Shown one piece after another: positions 10,620-23,323 of a stretch of 64,000 nt of DNA. The translations under genes were made by a program, and so were the position numbers. Position 1 is the stretch's first letter. Every line of letters starts with the position of its first letter. The notes under the pieces are model-generated. The model was not told the origin of the DNA, did not search any database, and worked only from the letters and a program-made list of their open reading frames with translations. The stretch is taken from the NCBI GenBank assembly GCA_002269645.1, contig NIVC01000944.1:248001-312000 (forward strand), read 5' to 3'. This DNA is from Macrostomum lignano (Eukaryota).

Positions 10620-13600
10620 GTGCTTGTAAATAAATCCTCGCCCTTGGCCAATAGGGAAGAGGCTGCTCTGGAAGTGAAGCCTCCAAAGTCATGTTTGCAG
10701 GGGCATGGAGAAGCATTTAACTGGATTCGCTAAATGCTTCGCTTGCTTAATTGCTGCACGGCGGATTAAGGTAGACAGACCGAGTCAGATTTGGGGCCAG
10801 TTCAGATTGACCGGATTCAGGCCAGATGGCAGCTGTCCATCTGCGAGGATCTGCACTGCCTAATCGACTGGACGCGGTGTGTTTGCAAATGCAGTGAGTG
10901 TTGGGGAAGCGGACAGCAGCTACAACAGATGGTTCGAATTCAATTCTTTTAAAGCATGCACTGACTAAAGGTTCATACGGCTGGCAGACTGATAGACATC
11001 TGCATGTATTGAAGGAGCGTACTAAATGATGTACTAAATGTACTACTAGTACAGTTCGGCTCACGGGAAGAAGCCATGCAATATTCTGTTAGACACGATC
11101 CAATTTCTAGCTCATAATTCCCTTCTTTCAGCTCGATCCTCTGCAGCGCATTAAATCCATCCAGAAAAATTCCGTTAATAATGACAGCAGTGGGTGGGAA
11201 AAGCTGGCTGTATCCGCGGGAGGCTCACATTCTATACACATGTGAGTAATCCAGCCAGTGGCGTAAATTGCTAGTAGGGAGGGCCGGGCCAAAGGAGGCT
11301 GAAGAAGCCCCCTCCAAAACAAAAAACTATGGCGTCCCTTCACCACAGCTGATTTTGACGCTCGATCCTGTTCCAAATTTGAAAATTGCTGTGCAAGCAT
11401 CAATTATGGCCATAGACTTACTAGTTGAGTAATACATGCGATGGAACATGTGATGGAACCGATGGCCATTAGATTTTACCATTGCGACCCTATGGTGATT
11501 ATACCTCCATCAATGGATGATTCCTTCATCCATGAATTACCAAAAGTTCCTGATCCACGATTCACGACCGAGATTCGCGACCCTATCGAGATTCACAGTC
11601 AGCTGTAAAACAATTTCAACTCCATGAATTGTATCAAAATGTTTATGGATAGCAAAAGTAATTGAGTGTATAGTCCTTACATGATAATATGTTAAATCAG
11701 CTCTCTCCAGAGACAAAGAAATCAAATTGTTCCAGCATTAAAGAGAAGCAAGACGAAAAACCCTTGATACATTAGGCAATCAACTTCGTCACGTTAAAAA
11801 CTTCAACTTGTAGTGACACCCACCCCCAATTCATTCATTCTCATTTTAAGTCCTTTGGTCTTTAATGCCATCCACGACACACTTATGTGTGGCAGCAGCC
11901 TATAGTTCTTAATAAAGCGTAAGGAAGCTTATAATTTAACCTTTGGTATTGACAAGAGTTTTGTTAACATACACCAGACTTTCCATGAAACTGGTGTAAT
12001 TCTAATTCCTGTTGGTTGCTGGTCAAGAACGCGCGTTATATTCCATTCGTCATAGATCAATGACGAAATCAATGACAAAATGACCAGGAGCAAAAACAGC
12101 GTTGTAAATTTACATGACATACTGAACAAATATTTTACTAATAGCTGGATTTTTACGTTGTCATCAATGATATATAACAATATGGCAATGCACACAAAAC
12201 TAAACTTGACAGTTGACACGCTTCAGCTAGTGAATGCTAACGCCTAAATAATTAAGATGACGAAGTGACCCGAATCAAGGTGGGGTGATAGACACCCTAG
12301 ATGACGAAATGGCTAATTCCCATAATTATATAGTGCGCCACTAGATTAGGCCTAATAGGCCTATTGTGGTTAGGCCTAGGCCTTGAAATTTGGCCAAGCC
12401 TAGTATTCCTAGGGCTTGGGGCTAGGCCAGGGTTAGGCCTAAATCTAAGATAGACCTAAATTAGAATAGATAAAATAATTATATAGTATGCCTATATACT
12501 TAGGCTCTTTACTTTTAAAATATTTTATTTGATGTCATAGATATAAATTAGGAATTTATGTTCTAAATAAAAATGCAAAGCTAGGCTAATATATTAAAAT
12601 TTTATGATTAGGCCTAGGCTAGGCATAGGCCCTTTGAGCCTAGGCCTAATTAGTTTTCGGTCATTTAGAAACAATATTAGCTTTATTTATGTTATTCTTA
12701 ATAATTTAGCTAGAATTAGAAATATAGGCCTTTTAGGCTATTCCTAATTTTATATATTAAGGTATAAGCCTATTTACTAGGGTAGAATTTCACTTTATCG
12801 TAATAAGTAATAATTTATATTTTATTATTTTGTTTGCAATAATTGAATAAGCTCAGTTTAAGTTTTTAACATTTATAATAGGCATATAATTAGACATGCT
12901 TGGGTACAACCTTGGGATTCACTCGGCCATTTCTATTGGCAACACACACATGTAAGTTGCTATTGGACGGAATAGTAGTCACGTTGAAGTGAAGCGAAAG
13001 CGCCGTTAGCAAGAGGATGGGAGAAATCAGCCAACACGCGCGTGATGCGTGAACAAGCATCCAGCCTTGGCAGCAACTCCCCAGATGCACAAGATCTGCA
13101 TGCCTAAAAATAATCCTGATGATCGGCGAGCAAGAAGCCCAGCCATGCGACCCTCGCGTGATGCATGCACAACCTCTGACCGACACTGCCTATTGGGCCT
13201 CGAAATCCCACTCTCTCTCTCCCTACTGCTCCTATTCCTTGTTGCTCGCGTACAGTGTGCTAGCTTATAAAATATACTGATTGAAGAGGAAAGATCCTCG
13301 CCTGAAGTTTGAGAATGTGACTCTAGAGATCACACAGAGAAAGTCCATTGTTCGTTGTCTTCCTGAACTGTTGGCAGAAGGAAACGATAATATGGGAAAA
13401 ACCCATATAAATTGCCGTTTCAATGTGACTGCTCTCAGCCAATAGCAACTTACATGTGTGTTGCCAATAGAAATGGCCAAGTGAATCCCAAGGTTGCGCA
13501 TAGGCCTATATGTAATTAGAGGTTTCACTTAGGTTTAGGCATGATTAAGATTCCAAGATTTTAGGATCAAGATCCTATTATATCTAATTGAAATATCCAT

Positions 13601-14234
13601 GATGATGCTTTTCAAGGATATATTAAAAGAAGAAAGGTGGAAGGCAGCTGCCTTCCTTATGGCTAGCAATGATAGTGCCATTTAAAAAGGTCCTTATTCT
13701 CTCTGCCCTTAGTTTGCTCAATATGCCACTCCTCCAATGTATATTAGATTAGGACCCCACTTATACTATAGTTGAAATCTGCCCCTTCATTATATATATA
13801 AATCTATATCTAATGCTTTTAAGAATTTTCAATTAAATGATTTTCCTAATAAGGAATTCAAAAGAATATATATTTAAAAAGATTGCATGGCCATATAGGA
13901 TAGATATGTAAAATATAAAACTTTCATATTTATGGTCTATCAATACAAATATAATATTAGGTCTAATATAAAATAAATTTATATACAGTAATAGATGCTC
14001 ATACCAAATAAAAGTAGTATGCATTTATTTTCTTTAGTATATATGATTTTATTTTTAATTAAAGCAGTTAATAAGATCAAAAAATAATTTTATTGTTTTT
14101 TTAAGTTAAACTATTAAATTTGTCAAAAGCTTTACTATATCAAGTCAAATTTATATATTGCACTCATGCAGCCACTGATTATTCAGTAACAAGTTTAACT
14201 TGCTAGTTTATATACTTACTAGCAGCCCCCTGGA

Positions 14235-17200
14235 ATGCAACTACTTAGACTATTCCAATGTGCTCGCCACTTTGGCCTCCATGGCTGCAAGGCACTGCAG
14301 CTCAGGAAGATAACTGGGCATGTATCTAGCATTGTAAGCTCACCTCATTTTTATTTCTGTTTAATCTATTCTGTAAGAGTACATCAGTGTACTCTGTGTT
14401 CTGTAAGAGTAAATCAGTGTAAATTGTGCACCGGTTTGCTCCACATCATCCAGGACCAAATGGACGTCACCAAGATCCGGAACATCGGGATCTCGGCGCA
14501 CATCGACAGCGGCAAGACCACCCTGACTGAGCGGGTTCTGTTCTACACCGGGCGAGTCGGCGAGATGCACGAAGTTCGCGGCACCGACGGTGTGGGCGCT
14601 GTGATGGACTTCATGGAGCTGGAGAGGCAGCGGGGCATCACCATCCAGTCCGCTGCCACCTACACCGAGTGGGCTGGTCACGTGATCAACATCATCGACA
14701 CTCCCGGCCACGTGGACTTCACCATCGAGGTGCGTTGAGCGGTGTGGATTTAGTGCTAACAATAGTCTGGTATAGAAAATCCCAGGTCGTCATTCTTGGG
14801 TTATAAGTCTCGGGTCGTGAATCTGGGGCCGTAAATCTAAGACCATGAATCTGGAGCGGTGAATCTAAGACCGTGAATCTCAGTCCGTGAATCTGAGGTC
14901 GTGAACCTAAGGCCATGAATCTCGGAGCGTGAATCTCGAGCCGTGAATCTTGGGCCATTAATTTTGGGTAGCGAATCTCGGGTCGTGAAGCGTAGATCAG
15001 GAAGTCACAGTGTAGGGTCATTACTCTAGTAAGGCTATGGCCATCAGTATTCGGTCACAGTGTAGGGTCATTACTCTAGTAAGGCTATGACCATCAGTAT
15101 TCGGTCACAATGTAGGGTCATTACTCTAGTAAGGCTATGGCCATCAGTATTCGGTCACAATGTAGGGTCATTACTCTAGTAAGGCTATGGCCATCAGTAT
15201 TCGGTCACAATGTAGGGTCATTACTCTAGTAAGGCTATGGCCATCAGTATTCGGTCACAATGTAGGGTCATTACTCTAGTAAGGCTATGGCCATCGGTAT
15301 TCGGTCACAATGTAGGGTCATTACTCTAGTAAGGCTATGGCCATCGGTATTCGGTCACAATGTAGGGTCATTACTCTAGTAAGGCTATGGCCATCAGTAT
15401 TCGGTCACAATGTAGGGTCATTACTCTAGTAAGGCTATGGCCATCGGTATTCGGTCACAATGTAGGGTCATTACTCTAGTAAGGCTATGGCCATCAGTAT
15501 TCGGTCACAGTGTAGGGTCATTACTCTAGTAAGGCTATGGCCATCGGTATTCGGTCACAATGTAGGGTCATTACTCTAGTAAGGCTATGGCCATCAGTAT
15601 TCGGTCACAATGTAGGGTCATTACTCTAGTAAGGCTATGGCCATCAGTATTCGGTCACAGTGTAGGGTCATTACTCTAGTAAGGCTATGGCCATCAGTAT
15701 TCGGTCACAGTGTAGGGTCATTACTCTAGTAAGGCTATGGCCATCAGTATTCGGTCACAGTGTAGGGTCATTACTCTAGTAAGGCTATGGCCATCAGTAT
15801 TCGGTCACAGTGTAGGGTCATTACTCTAGTAAGGCTATGGCCATCAGTATTCGGTCACAATGTAGGGTCATTACTCTAGTAAGGCTATGGCCATCAGTAT
15901 TCGGTCACAATGTAGGGTCATTACTCTAGTAAGGCTATGGCCATCAGTATTCGGTCACAGTGTAGGGTCATTACTCTAGTAAGGCTATGGCCATCAGTAT
16001 TCGGTCACAATGTAGGGTCATTACTCTTTACAAGCTAACCTTGCGCTTCAGTATCATGATGAACCCTCGTTTGCGACCATCGTTTCACTTGGGTTTACTT
16101 TTACTGTATTTTTATTGTTGTATTGTACTCGTAAAAAGAGTCTGCTAGAATGAGCATACCTCTTCCCCCATCACAGGTGGAGCGCGCCCTCCGCGTGCTG
16201 GACGGCGCCATCCTTGTGCTCTGCGCCGTCGGCGGCGTGCAGTCGCAGACGCTGACGGTGAACCGGCAGATGCTGCGCTACAATGTACCCTGTCTGGCCT
16301 TCATCAACAAGCTGGACAGGCAGGGCGCCAACCCTGTCAGGGTGCTGCACCAGATCCGGCACAAGCTCAAGCACACCGCCGCCTTCATGCAGCTGCCGGT
16401 CGGCCTGCAGAGCCAGCACGAGGCCGTCATCGATCTGGTTGACGAGTGCGTCATGCACTTCGACGAGCCGCACGGGCTCACGGTGAGTCTCCGCGTCCTC
16501 TGTGCCCAGTCACTGGAACCATCGGCACTCCTTCCTTTGCACCCAGGCACTCTGGAACCATCGGCACTCCTTCCTTTGCACCCAGGCACTCTGGAACCAT
16601 CGGCACTCCTTCCTTTGCACCCAGGCACTCTGGAACCATCGGCACTCCTTCCTTTGCACCCAGGCACTCTGGAACCATCGGCACTCCTTCCTTTGCACCC
16701 AGGCACTCTGGAACCATCGGCACTCCTTCCTTTGCACCCAGGCACTCTGGAACCATCGGCACTCCTTCCTTTGCACCCAGGCACTCTGGAACCATCGGCA
16801 CTCCTTCCTTTGCACCCAGGCACTCTGGAACCATCGGCACTCCTTCCTTTGCACCCAGGCACTCTGGAACCATCGGCACTCCTTCCTTTGCACCCAGGCA
16901 CTCTGGAACCATCGGCACTCCTTCCTTTGCACCCAGGCACTCTGGAACCATCGGCACTCCTTCCTTTGCACCCAGGCATTCTGGAACCGCTTCCTTTCCC
17001 GCAGGTGCGCCGAGAGCAGGTGCCGCCGGAGCGGCGCGCGGAGACGGCGGAGCGCCGGCAGGAGCTGGTGGAATGCGTGGCCAACGTGGATGACGAGCTG
17101 GGCGAGCTGGTGCTGATGGACCAGCAGCCGAGCCGCGACCAGCTTAAGGCGGCCATCAGGCGGGCCTGTCTTCAGCGCAGCTTCACGCCGGTGTTCCTCG

Positions 17201-20200
17201 GCACTGCCCTGCGCAACAAGGGCGTGCAGCCGCTGCTGGACGGCGTGGTGGACTACCTGCCCAACCCCACCGAGGTGCAGAACTACGCCTTCAGGCAAGG
17301 CGAGCCGGACCAGGAGCCGGTCAGGCTGCACCTCAATCCCGAGCGCTCCTGCCGGCTGCCGTTCCTCGGGCTGGCGTTCAAGCTGGAGGCCGGGTCGTAC
17401 GGCCAGCTCACCTACTTCCGGGTGTACCAGGTGAGCCTTGGGTGGCTGAGCATGAGACTTCCGGGTGTACCAGGTGAGCCTTGGGTGGCTGAGCATGAGA
17501 CTTCCGGGTTTACCAGGTGAGCCTTGGGTGGCTGAGCATGAGACTTCCGGGCGTACCAGGTGAGCCTTGGGTGGCTGAGCATGAGACTTCGGGGTGTACC
17601 AGGTGAGCCTTGGGTGGCTGAGCATGAGACTTCGGGGTGTACCAGGTGAGCCTTGGGTGGCTGAGCATGAGACTTCCGGGTGTTCCAGGTGAGCCTTGGG
17701 TGGCTGAGCATGAGACTTCCGGGCGTACCAGGTGAGCCTTGGGTGGCTGAGCATGAGACTTCGGGGTGTACCAGGTAAGCCTTGGGTGGCTGAGCATGAG
17801 CATGAGTGCAGGTTCACCTTGCGAGCATGTATCTGTTGTACGTACGATGTCATTAGCATGTGTGCAACCAGCCGCTGTACGCCTGCAGGGCTGCCTCAAG
17901 CGCGGCGACACGATGACCAACGCGCGCACAGGCCGGAAAGTCCGAGTCCAGCGGCTGGTGAAGATGCACGCCAACGAGATGGCCGAAGTCAAGGAGGTGT
18001 ACGCTGGCGACATTTGCGCCACGTTCGGCGTTGACTGCGCCTCCGGCGACACCTTCGTGACTGGAAGCCTGCACGACGTCAGCATGGAGTCGATCTTCGT
18101 CCCGGACCCGGTGGTGTCCATGTCCATCAAGCCGAAGGAGTCCCGCATGCAAGAGAACTTCGCCAAAGGCCTGCAGCGCTTCCTCAAGGAGGACCCGACT
18201 CTGCGCATGTCTTTCAACGAGGAATTCCGGGAGACCATCCTGTCAGGCATGGGCGAGCTGCACCTGGAGATCTACGCGCAGCGGCTGGAGCGCGAGTACA
18301 AGGCGCCCTGCGTGCTGGGCAAGCCGAAGGTTCGGCCTCTGGGGGTTCTGATCTACAGACACTGAAACAGATGTTAGGACAGGCACCAGGACAGACGCAC
18401 TAGCACAGACAGGCACCAGGACAGACAGGCACTGGGAGAGACAGGCACCAGGACAGACAGGCACTGGGAGAGACAGGCACCAGGACAGACAGGCTCTAGG
18501 AGAGACAGGCACCAGGACAGACAGCCACCAGGACAGACCGGCACTGGGACAGACAGGCCCTAGGAGAGACAGGCACTAGGACAGACAGGCACCAGGACAG
18601 ACAGGCACTGGGAGAGACAGGCACCAGGACAGACAGGCACTAGGACAGACAGGCACCAGGAAAGACAGGCACTGGGACGGACAGGCACTGGGACATACAG
18701 GCACTGGGACATACAGGCACTGGGACATACAGGCATCAGGACAGACTCACTAGCACAGACAGGCACTAGGACGGACAGGCACTGGGACATACAGGCACTG
18801 GGACATACAGGCATCAGGACAGACTCACTAGCACAGACAGGCACTAGGACGGACAGGCACCAGGACAGACAGGCACTGGGACAGACAGGCACTGGGACAG
18901 ACAGGCACTGGGACAGACAGGCACCAGGACAGACAGCCACTGGGACAGACAGGCACCAGGACAGACAGGCACTGGGACAGACAGGCACCAGGACAGACAG
19001 GCACTGGGACAGACAGGCACTGGGACAGACAGGCACTAGGACAGACAGGCACTAGGACAGACAGGCACCAGGACAGACAGGCACTGGGACAGACAGGCAC
19101 TGGGACAGACAGGCACTAGGACAGACAGGCACTAGGACAGACAGGCACCAGGACAGACAGGCACCAGGACAGACAGGCACTGAAACCGACAGACGCGCGA
19201 AATTCGAATGCTGTTCTCTATCCGCTCTCAGGTGGCCTTCCGCGAGACCCTGTCGGAGCCGTACCAATTCGACTACCTGCACAAGAAGCAGTCTGGCGGC
19301 GCCGGCCAGTTCGCTCGCATCATCGGCGTAGTGGAGCCGCTACCCCCGGAGAAGTGCACCACCCTCGAGTTTGTTGACGAGACCACCGGCACCAACGTGC
19401 CAAAGAACTTCGTGCCGGCCGTGGAGAAGGGCTTCCGGTTGGCCTGCGAGAAAGGCCAGCTGACCGGAAATCCCTGCGTTGGCATGCGCTTCCGCCTGCA
19501 GGACGGCGCGCATCACAAGGTTTGTCAGTCTATGGTATCATGTGTCTCTCTAGTACCTTGTGTCACTCTAGTGCACCTTGTGTCACTCTAGTGCACATTG
19601 TGTCACTCTAGTGCATCTTGTGTCTCTCTAGTACCTTGTGTCACTCTAGTGCACCTTGTGTCACTCTAGTGCACATTGTGTCACTCTAGTGCACATTGTG
19701 TCTCTCTAGTACCTTGTGTCACTCTAGTGCACCTTGTGTCACTCTAGTGCACATTGTGTCACTCTAGTGCATCTTGTGTCACTCTAGTGCACATTGTGTC
19801 ACTCTAGTGCACATTGTGTCACTCTAGTGTACCTTGTGTCACTCTAGTGTACCTTGTGTCACTCTAGTGCACCTTGTGTCACTCTATTGTACCTTGTGTT
19901 ACTCTAGTGCACCTTAGTCACTCTTAGTGCACATTGTATCACCTTAGTGCACATTGTGTCACTCTATTGTACCTTGTGTCACTCTAGTGCACCTTGTGTC
20001 ACTCTAATGTCTAGTGCACATCGTGTCACCCTAGTGCACCTGTGTCACTCTGGCGGCCTTCTCACCTCAAGTGTCGCAATTTGAATTTCAGGTGGACAGC
20101 AGCGACTGGGCCTTCCAGCTGGCCGCCATGCATGCAGTCCGCGAGATGCAGGACCACGGCACCTGGAACCTGCTGGAGCCTGTGATGCTGGTGGAGGTGA

Positions 20201-20496
20201 ACACCCCGGTGGAGTTCCAGACGGTGGTGATGGCGGCGCTGGTCCGGCGCACCGGCCTCATCACCCACTCTGACCTCATGGAGGACACCTGTGTGATCGA
20301 GTGCGAGGTGCCGCTCAACCACATGTTCGGCTTCATCGGTGAGCTGCGCAGCCTCACGCAGGGCAAGGGCGAGTTCGTGATGGAGTACAGCCGCTACTGC
20401 CCCGTGCCCTCCGACCTGCAGCTGCAGCTCGTGTCCGAGTACCGCAACCTGGAGTCCCAGGCGGCTGGCAGCAAGAAGGCCAGCGCCAAGAAGTAG
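14235..20496 (+). CDS. GFM1: Mitochondrial elongation factor G1; exons 14235-14333, 14454-14729, 16177-16482, 17005-17430, 17889-18329, 19232-19519, 20092-20496 (2241 nt, 746 aa)
   Basis: Motifs [15 protein letters not shown] (G1), [55 protein letters not shown]. All introns are GT-AG. Exon 1 (Arg/Leu-rich, presequence-like) is the least certain. Confidence 0.95.
15004..16027. repeat. 50-bp minisatellite (GFM1 intron 2)
   Basis: TGTAGGGTCATTACTCTAGTAAGGCTATGGCCATC[A/G]GTATTCGGTCACA[A/G], about 20 near-identical copies. Confidence 0.97.
16513..16988. repeat. 39-bp minisatellite (GFM1 intron 3)
   Basis: CTGGAACCATCGGCACTCCTTCCTTTGCACCCAGGCACT x12. Confidence 0.97.
17414..17797 (+). repeat. 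43-bp minisatellite containing the GFM1 exon-4 end and splice donor
   Basis: ACTTCCGGGTGTACCAG|GTGAGCCTTGGGTGGCTGAGCATGAG x9. Confidence 0.97.
18378..19182. repeat. 16-bp minisatellite AGGCAC(T/C)(G/A)GGACAGAC (GFM1 intron 5)
   Basis: About 50 variant copies. Confidence 0.95.
19543..20050. repeat. 20-bp minisatellite TGTGTCACTCTAGTGCAC(C/A)T (GFM1 intron 6)
   Basis: About 25 copies. Confidence 0.95.
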
Positions 20497-20539
20497 CCCC
20501 GGGTCGCGTGACGCTCCTTACTCTGGGGTGACTGTTGCG

Positions 20540-21170
20540 AATCCTATTGGGGGAATCCAGATCCCTATTGGGGGAATCCAGATCCCTATTGGGGGAATCC
20601 AGATCCATATTTGTGGAATCCAGATATATTGGGGGAATCCAGATATATTGGGGGAATCCAGATCCATATTGGGGAAATCCAGGTATTTTGGGGGAATCCA
20701 GATCCATATTGGGGGAATCCAGATATATTGGGGGAATCCAGATATATTGGGGGAATCCAGATCCATATTTATGGAATCCAGATCCATATTTGTGGAATCC
20801 AGATCCATATTGGGGGAATCCAGATCCCTATTGGTAGAATCCAGATCCATATTGGGGGAATCCAGATATATTGGGGGAATCCAGATCCCTATGGGGGAAT
20901 CCAGATCCCTATTGATGGAATCCAGATCCCTATTGGGGGAATCCAGATCCATATTGGGGGAATACAGATCCCTATTGGGGGAATCCAGATCCATATTGGG
21001 GGAATACAGATCCCTATTGGGGAAATCCAGATCCCTATTGGGGGAATCCAGATCCCTATTGATGGAATCCAGATCCCTATTGGGGGAATCCAGATCCATA
21101 TTGGGGGAATACAGATGCCTATTGGGGGAATCCAGATCCATATCCAGATCCATATTGGGGGAATCCAGAT
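20540..21170. repeat. 21-bp minisatellite GGGGGAATCCAGATCC(C/A)TATT downstream of the GFM1 stop
   Basis: About 30 variant copies. Confidence 0.95.
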
Positions 21171-21711
21171 CACATGGTTTAATTGGAGGCCGGTTTACTT
21201 TAAAGTACAATTGATATATTGCAGCAATCGTTAGAGCGATTTTATCTTACCATGCAAAATGAATTGCTAATTTGTGTTCTCCGTGTCTGTGCAGCCGCAT
21301 TTCACCTGTGCATTGAGCTGGAATCCACCACCACCTCACGGATGCGTGGGGTGTTGCGAAAACCTTTAGCCACTGTATTGCGCTCATGATCCTTGTGCTT
21401 GCTGAGAACTGCTTGCAGATCCAACTCTGACTGAACACCTGCTTGAGCAGTTAGTTAATTGTACTAAAAATAGAATAAATTTTGTTATCAGTTTTCTGTT
21501 AGCTTTTATTAAGAGTTGGCCATAGTTTTTTATGCATTTGAAAATGCAACGTCAAAGTGTTTTGCCGTCTGGTTTTTTATTTTATGAGTCTGTCTTTAGG
21601 CTTTTTTAAGTTGGTTAAACTTATGCGAACTGGGGCAGATCGGCTTTATTATCATATACCATGCAAGCACCTTTGGCGTCCTGAAATACCCCTCAGTGAC
21701 CCCAATGCCCA

Positions 21712-23272
21712 AATCCCATAGATTAGGAATCGAATCCCATAGATTAGGAATCGAATCCCATAGATTAGAAATCAAATCCAAAAGATTAGGAATCGAATCC
21801 CATAGATTAAGGATCGAATCTCATAGATTAGGAATCGAATCCCATAGATTAGAAATCAAATCCCATTGATTAGAAATCAAATCCCATTGATTAGGAATCG
21901 AATCTCATAGATTAGGAATCGAATCCCATAGATTAGAAATCAAATCCCATAGATTAGAGATCAAATCCAATAGTAAGGAATCGAATCTCATAGATTAGGA
22001 ATCGAATCCCATAGATTAGAAATCAAATCCCATAGCGTAGGGCTCAAATTCCATAGATTAGAAATCAAATCCCATAGATTAGGAATCGAATCCCATAGAT
22101 TAGGATCGAATCCCATAGATTAGGAATCGAATCCCATAGATTAGGAATCGAATCCCATAGATTAGGAATCGAATCCCATAGATTAGGAATCGAATCTCAT
22201 AGATTAGGAATCGAATCCCATAGATTAGGAATCGAATCCCATAGATTAGAAATCAAATCCCATAGATTAGAAATCGAACCCCATAGATTAGGAATCGAAT
22301 CCCATAGATTAGAAATCAAATCCCATAGATTAGAAATCGAATCCCATAGATTAGAAATCAAATCCCATAGATTAGGAATCGAATCCCATAGATTAAGGAT
22401 CGAATCCCATAGATTAGAAATCAAATCCCATAGATTAGAAATCAAATCCCATAGATTAGGAATCGAATCCCATAGATTAAGGATCGAATCCCATAGATTA
22501 GGGATCGAATCCCATAGATTAGGGATCGAATCCCATAGATTGGAATTCAAATCCAAAAGATTAGGAATCAAATCCAAAAGATTAGGGATCGAATCCTGTA
22601 GATTAAGGATCGAATCTCATAGATTAGGAATCGAATCCCATAGATTAGAAATCAAATCCCATTGATTAGGAATCGAATCCTGTAGATTAAGGATCGAATC
22701 TCATAGATTAGGAATCGAATCCCATAGATTAGAAATCAAATCCCATAGATTAGGAATCGAATCCCATAGATTAAGGATCGAATCTCATAGATTAGGAATC
22801 GAATCCCATAGATTAGAAATCAAATCCCATAGATTAGGAATCGAATCCCATAGATTAGAAATCAAATCCCATCGATTAGGAATCGAATCCCATAGATTAG
22901 AAATCAAATCCAAAAGATTAGGAATCAAATCCCATTGATTAGAAATCGAATCCCATAGATTAGGGATCGAATCCCATAGATTAGGAATCGAATCCCATAG
23001 ATTAGAAATCAAATCCCATAGATTAGGAATCGAATCCCATAGATTAGAAATCAAATCCAAAAGATTAGGAATCAAATCCCATTGATTAGAAATCGAATCC
23101 CATAGATTAGGGATCGAATCCCATAGATTAGGAATCGAATCCCATAGATTAGAAATCAAATCCCATAGATTAGGAATCGAATCCCATAGATTAAGGATCG
23201 AATCTCATAGATTTGGAATCGAATCCCATAGATTAAGGATCGAATCCCATAGATTAGGGCTCAAATCCCCAT
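21712..23272. repeat. 21-bp minisatellite GGAATCGAATCCCATAGATTA
   Basis: About 74 variant copies. Confidence 0.97.
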
Positions 23273-23323
23273 AAGTTAGGAATAATTTAACCGATAGCAA
23301 TCCACCGCCCCATTCGTTCGCAG

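Noticed and set aside
11257-12345. Possible MITE bounded by CAGTGGCGTA / TGCGCCACTA
   Set aside because: The inverted match is only ~10 bp and imperfect, with no TSD.
15004-16027. CRISPR-like regular repeats (also other arrays)
   Set aside because: Units are head-to-tail with no unique spacers and no cas genes, in a eukaryotic intron context.
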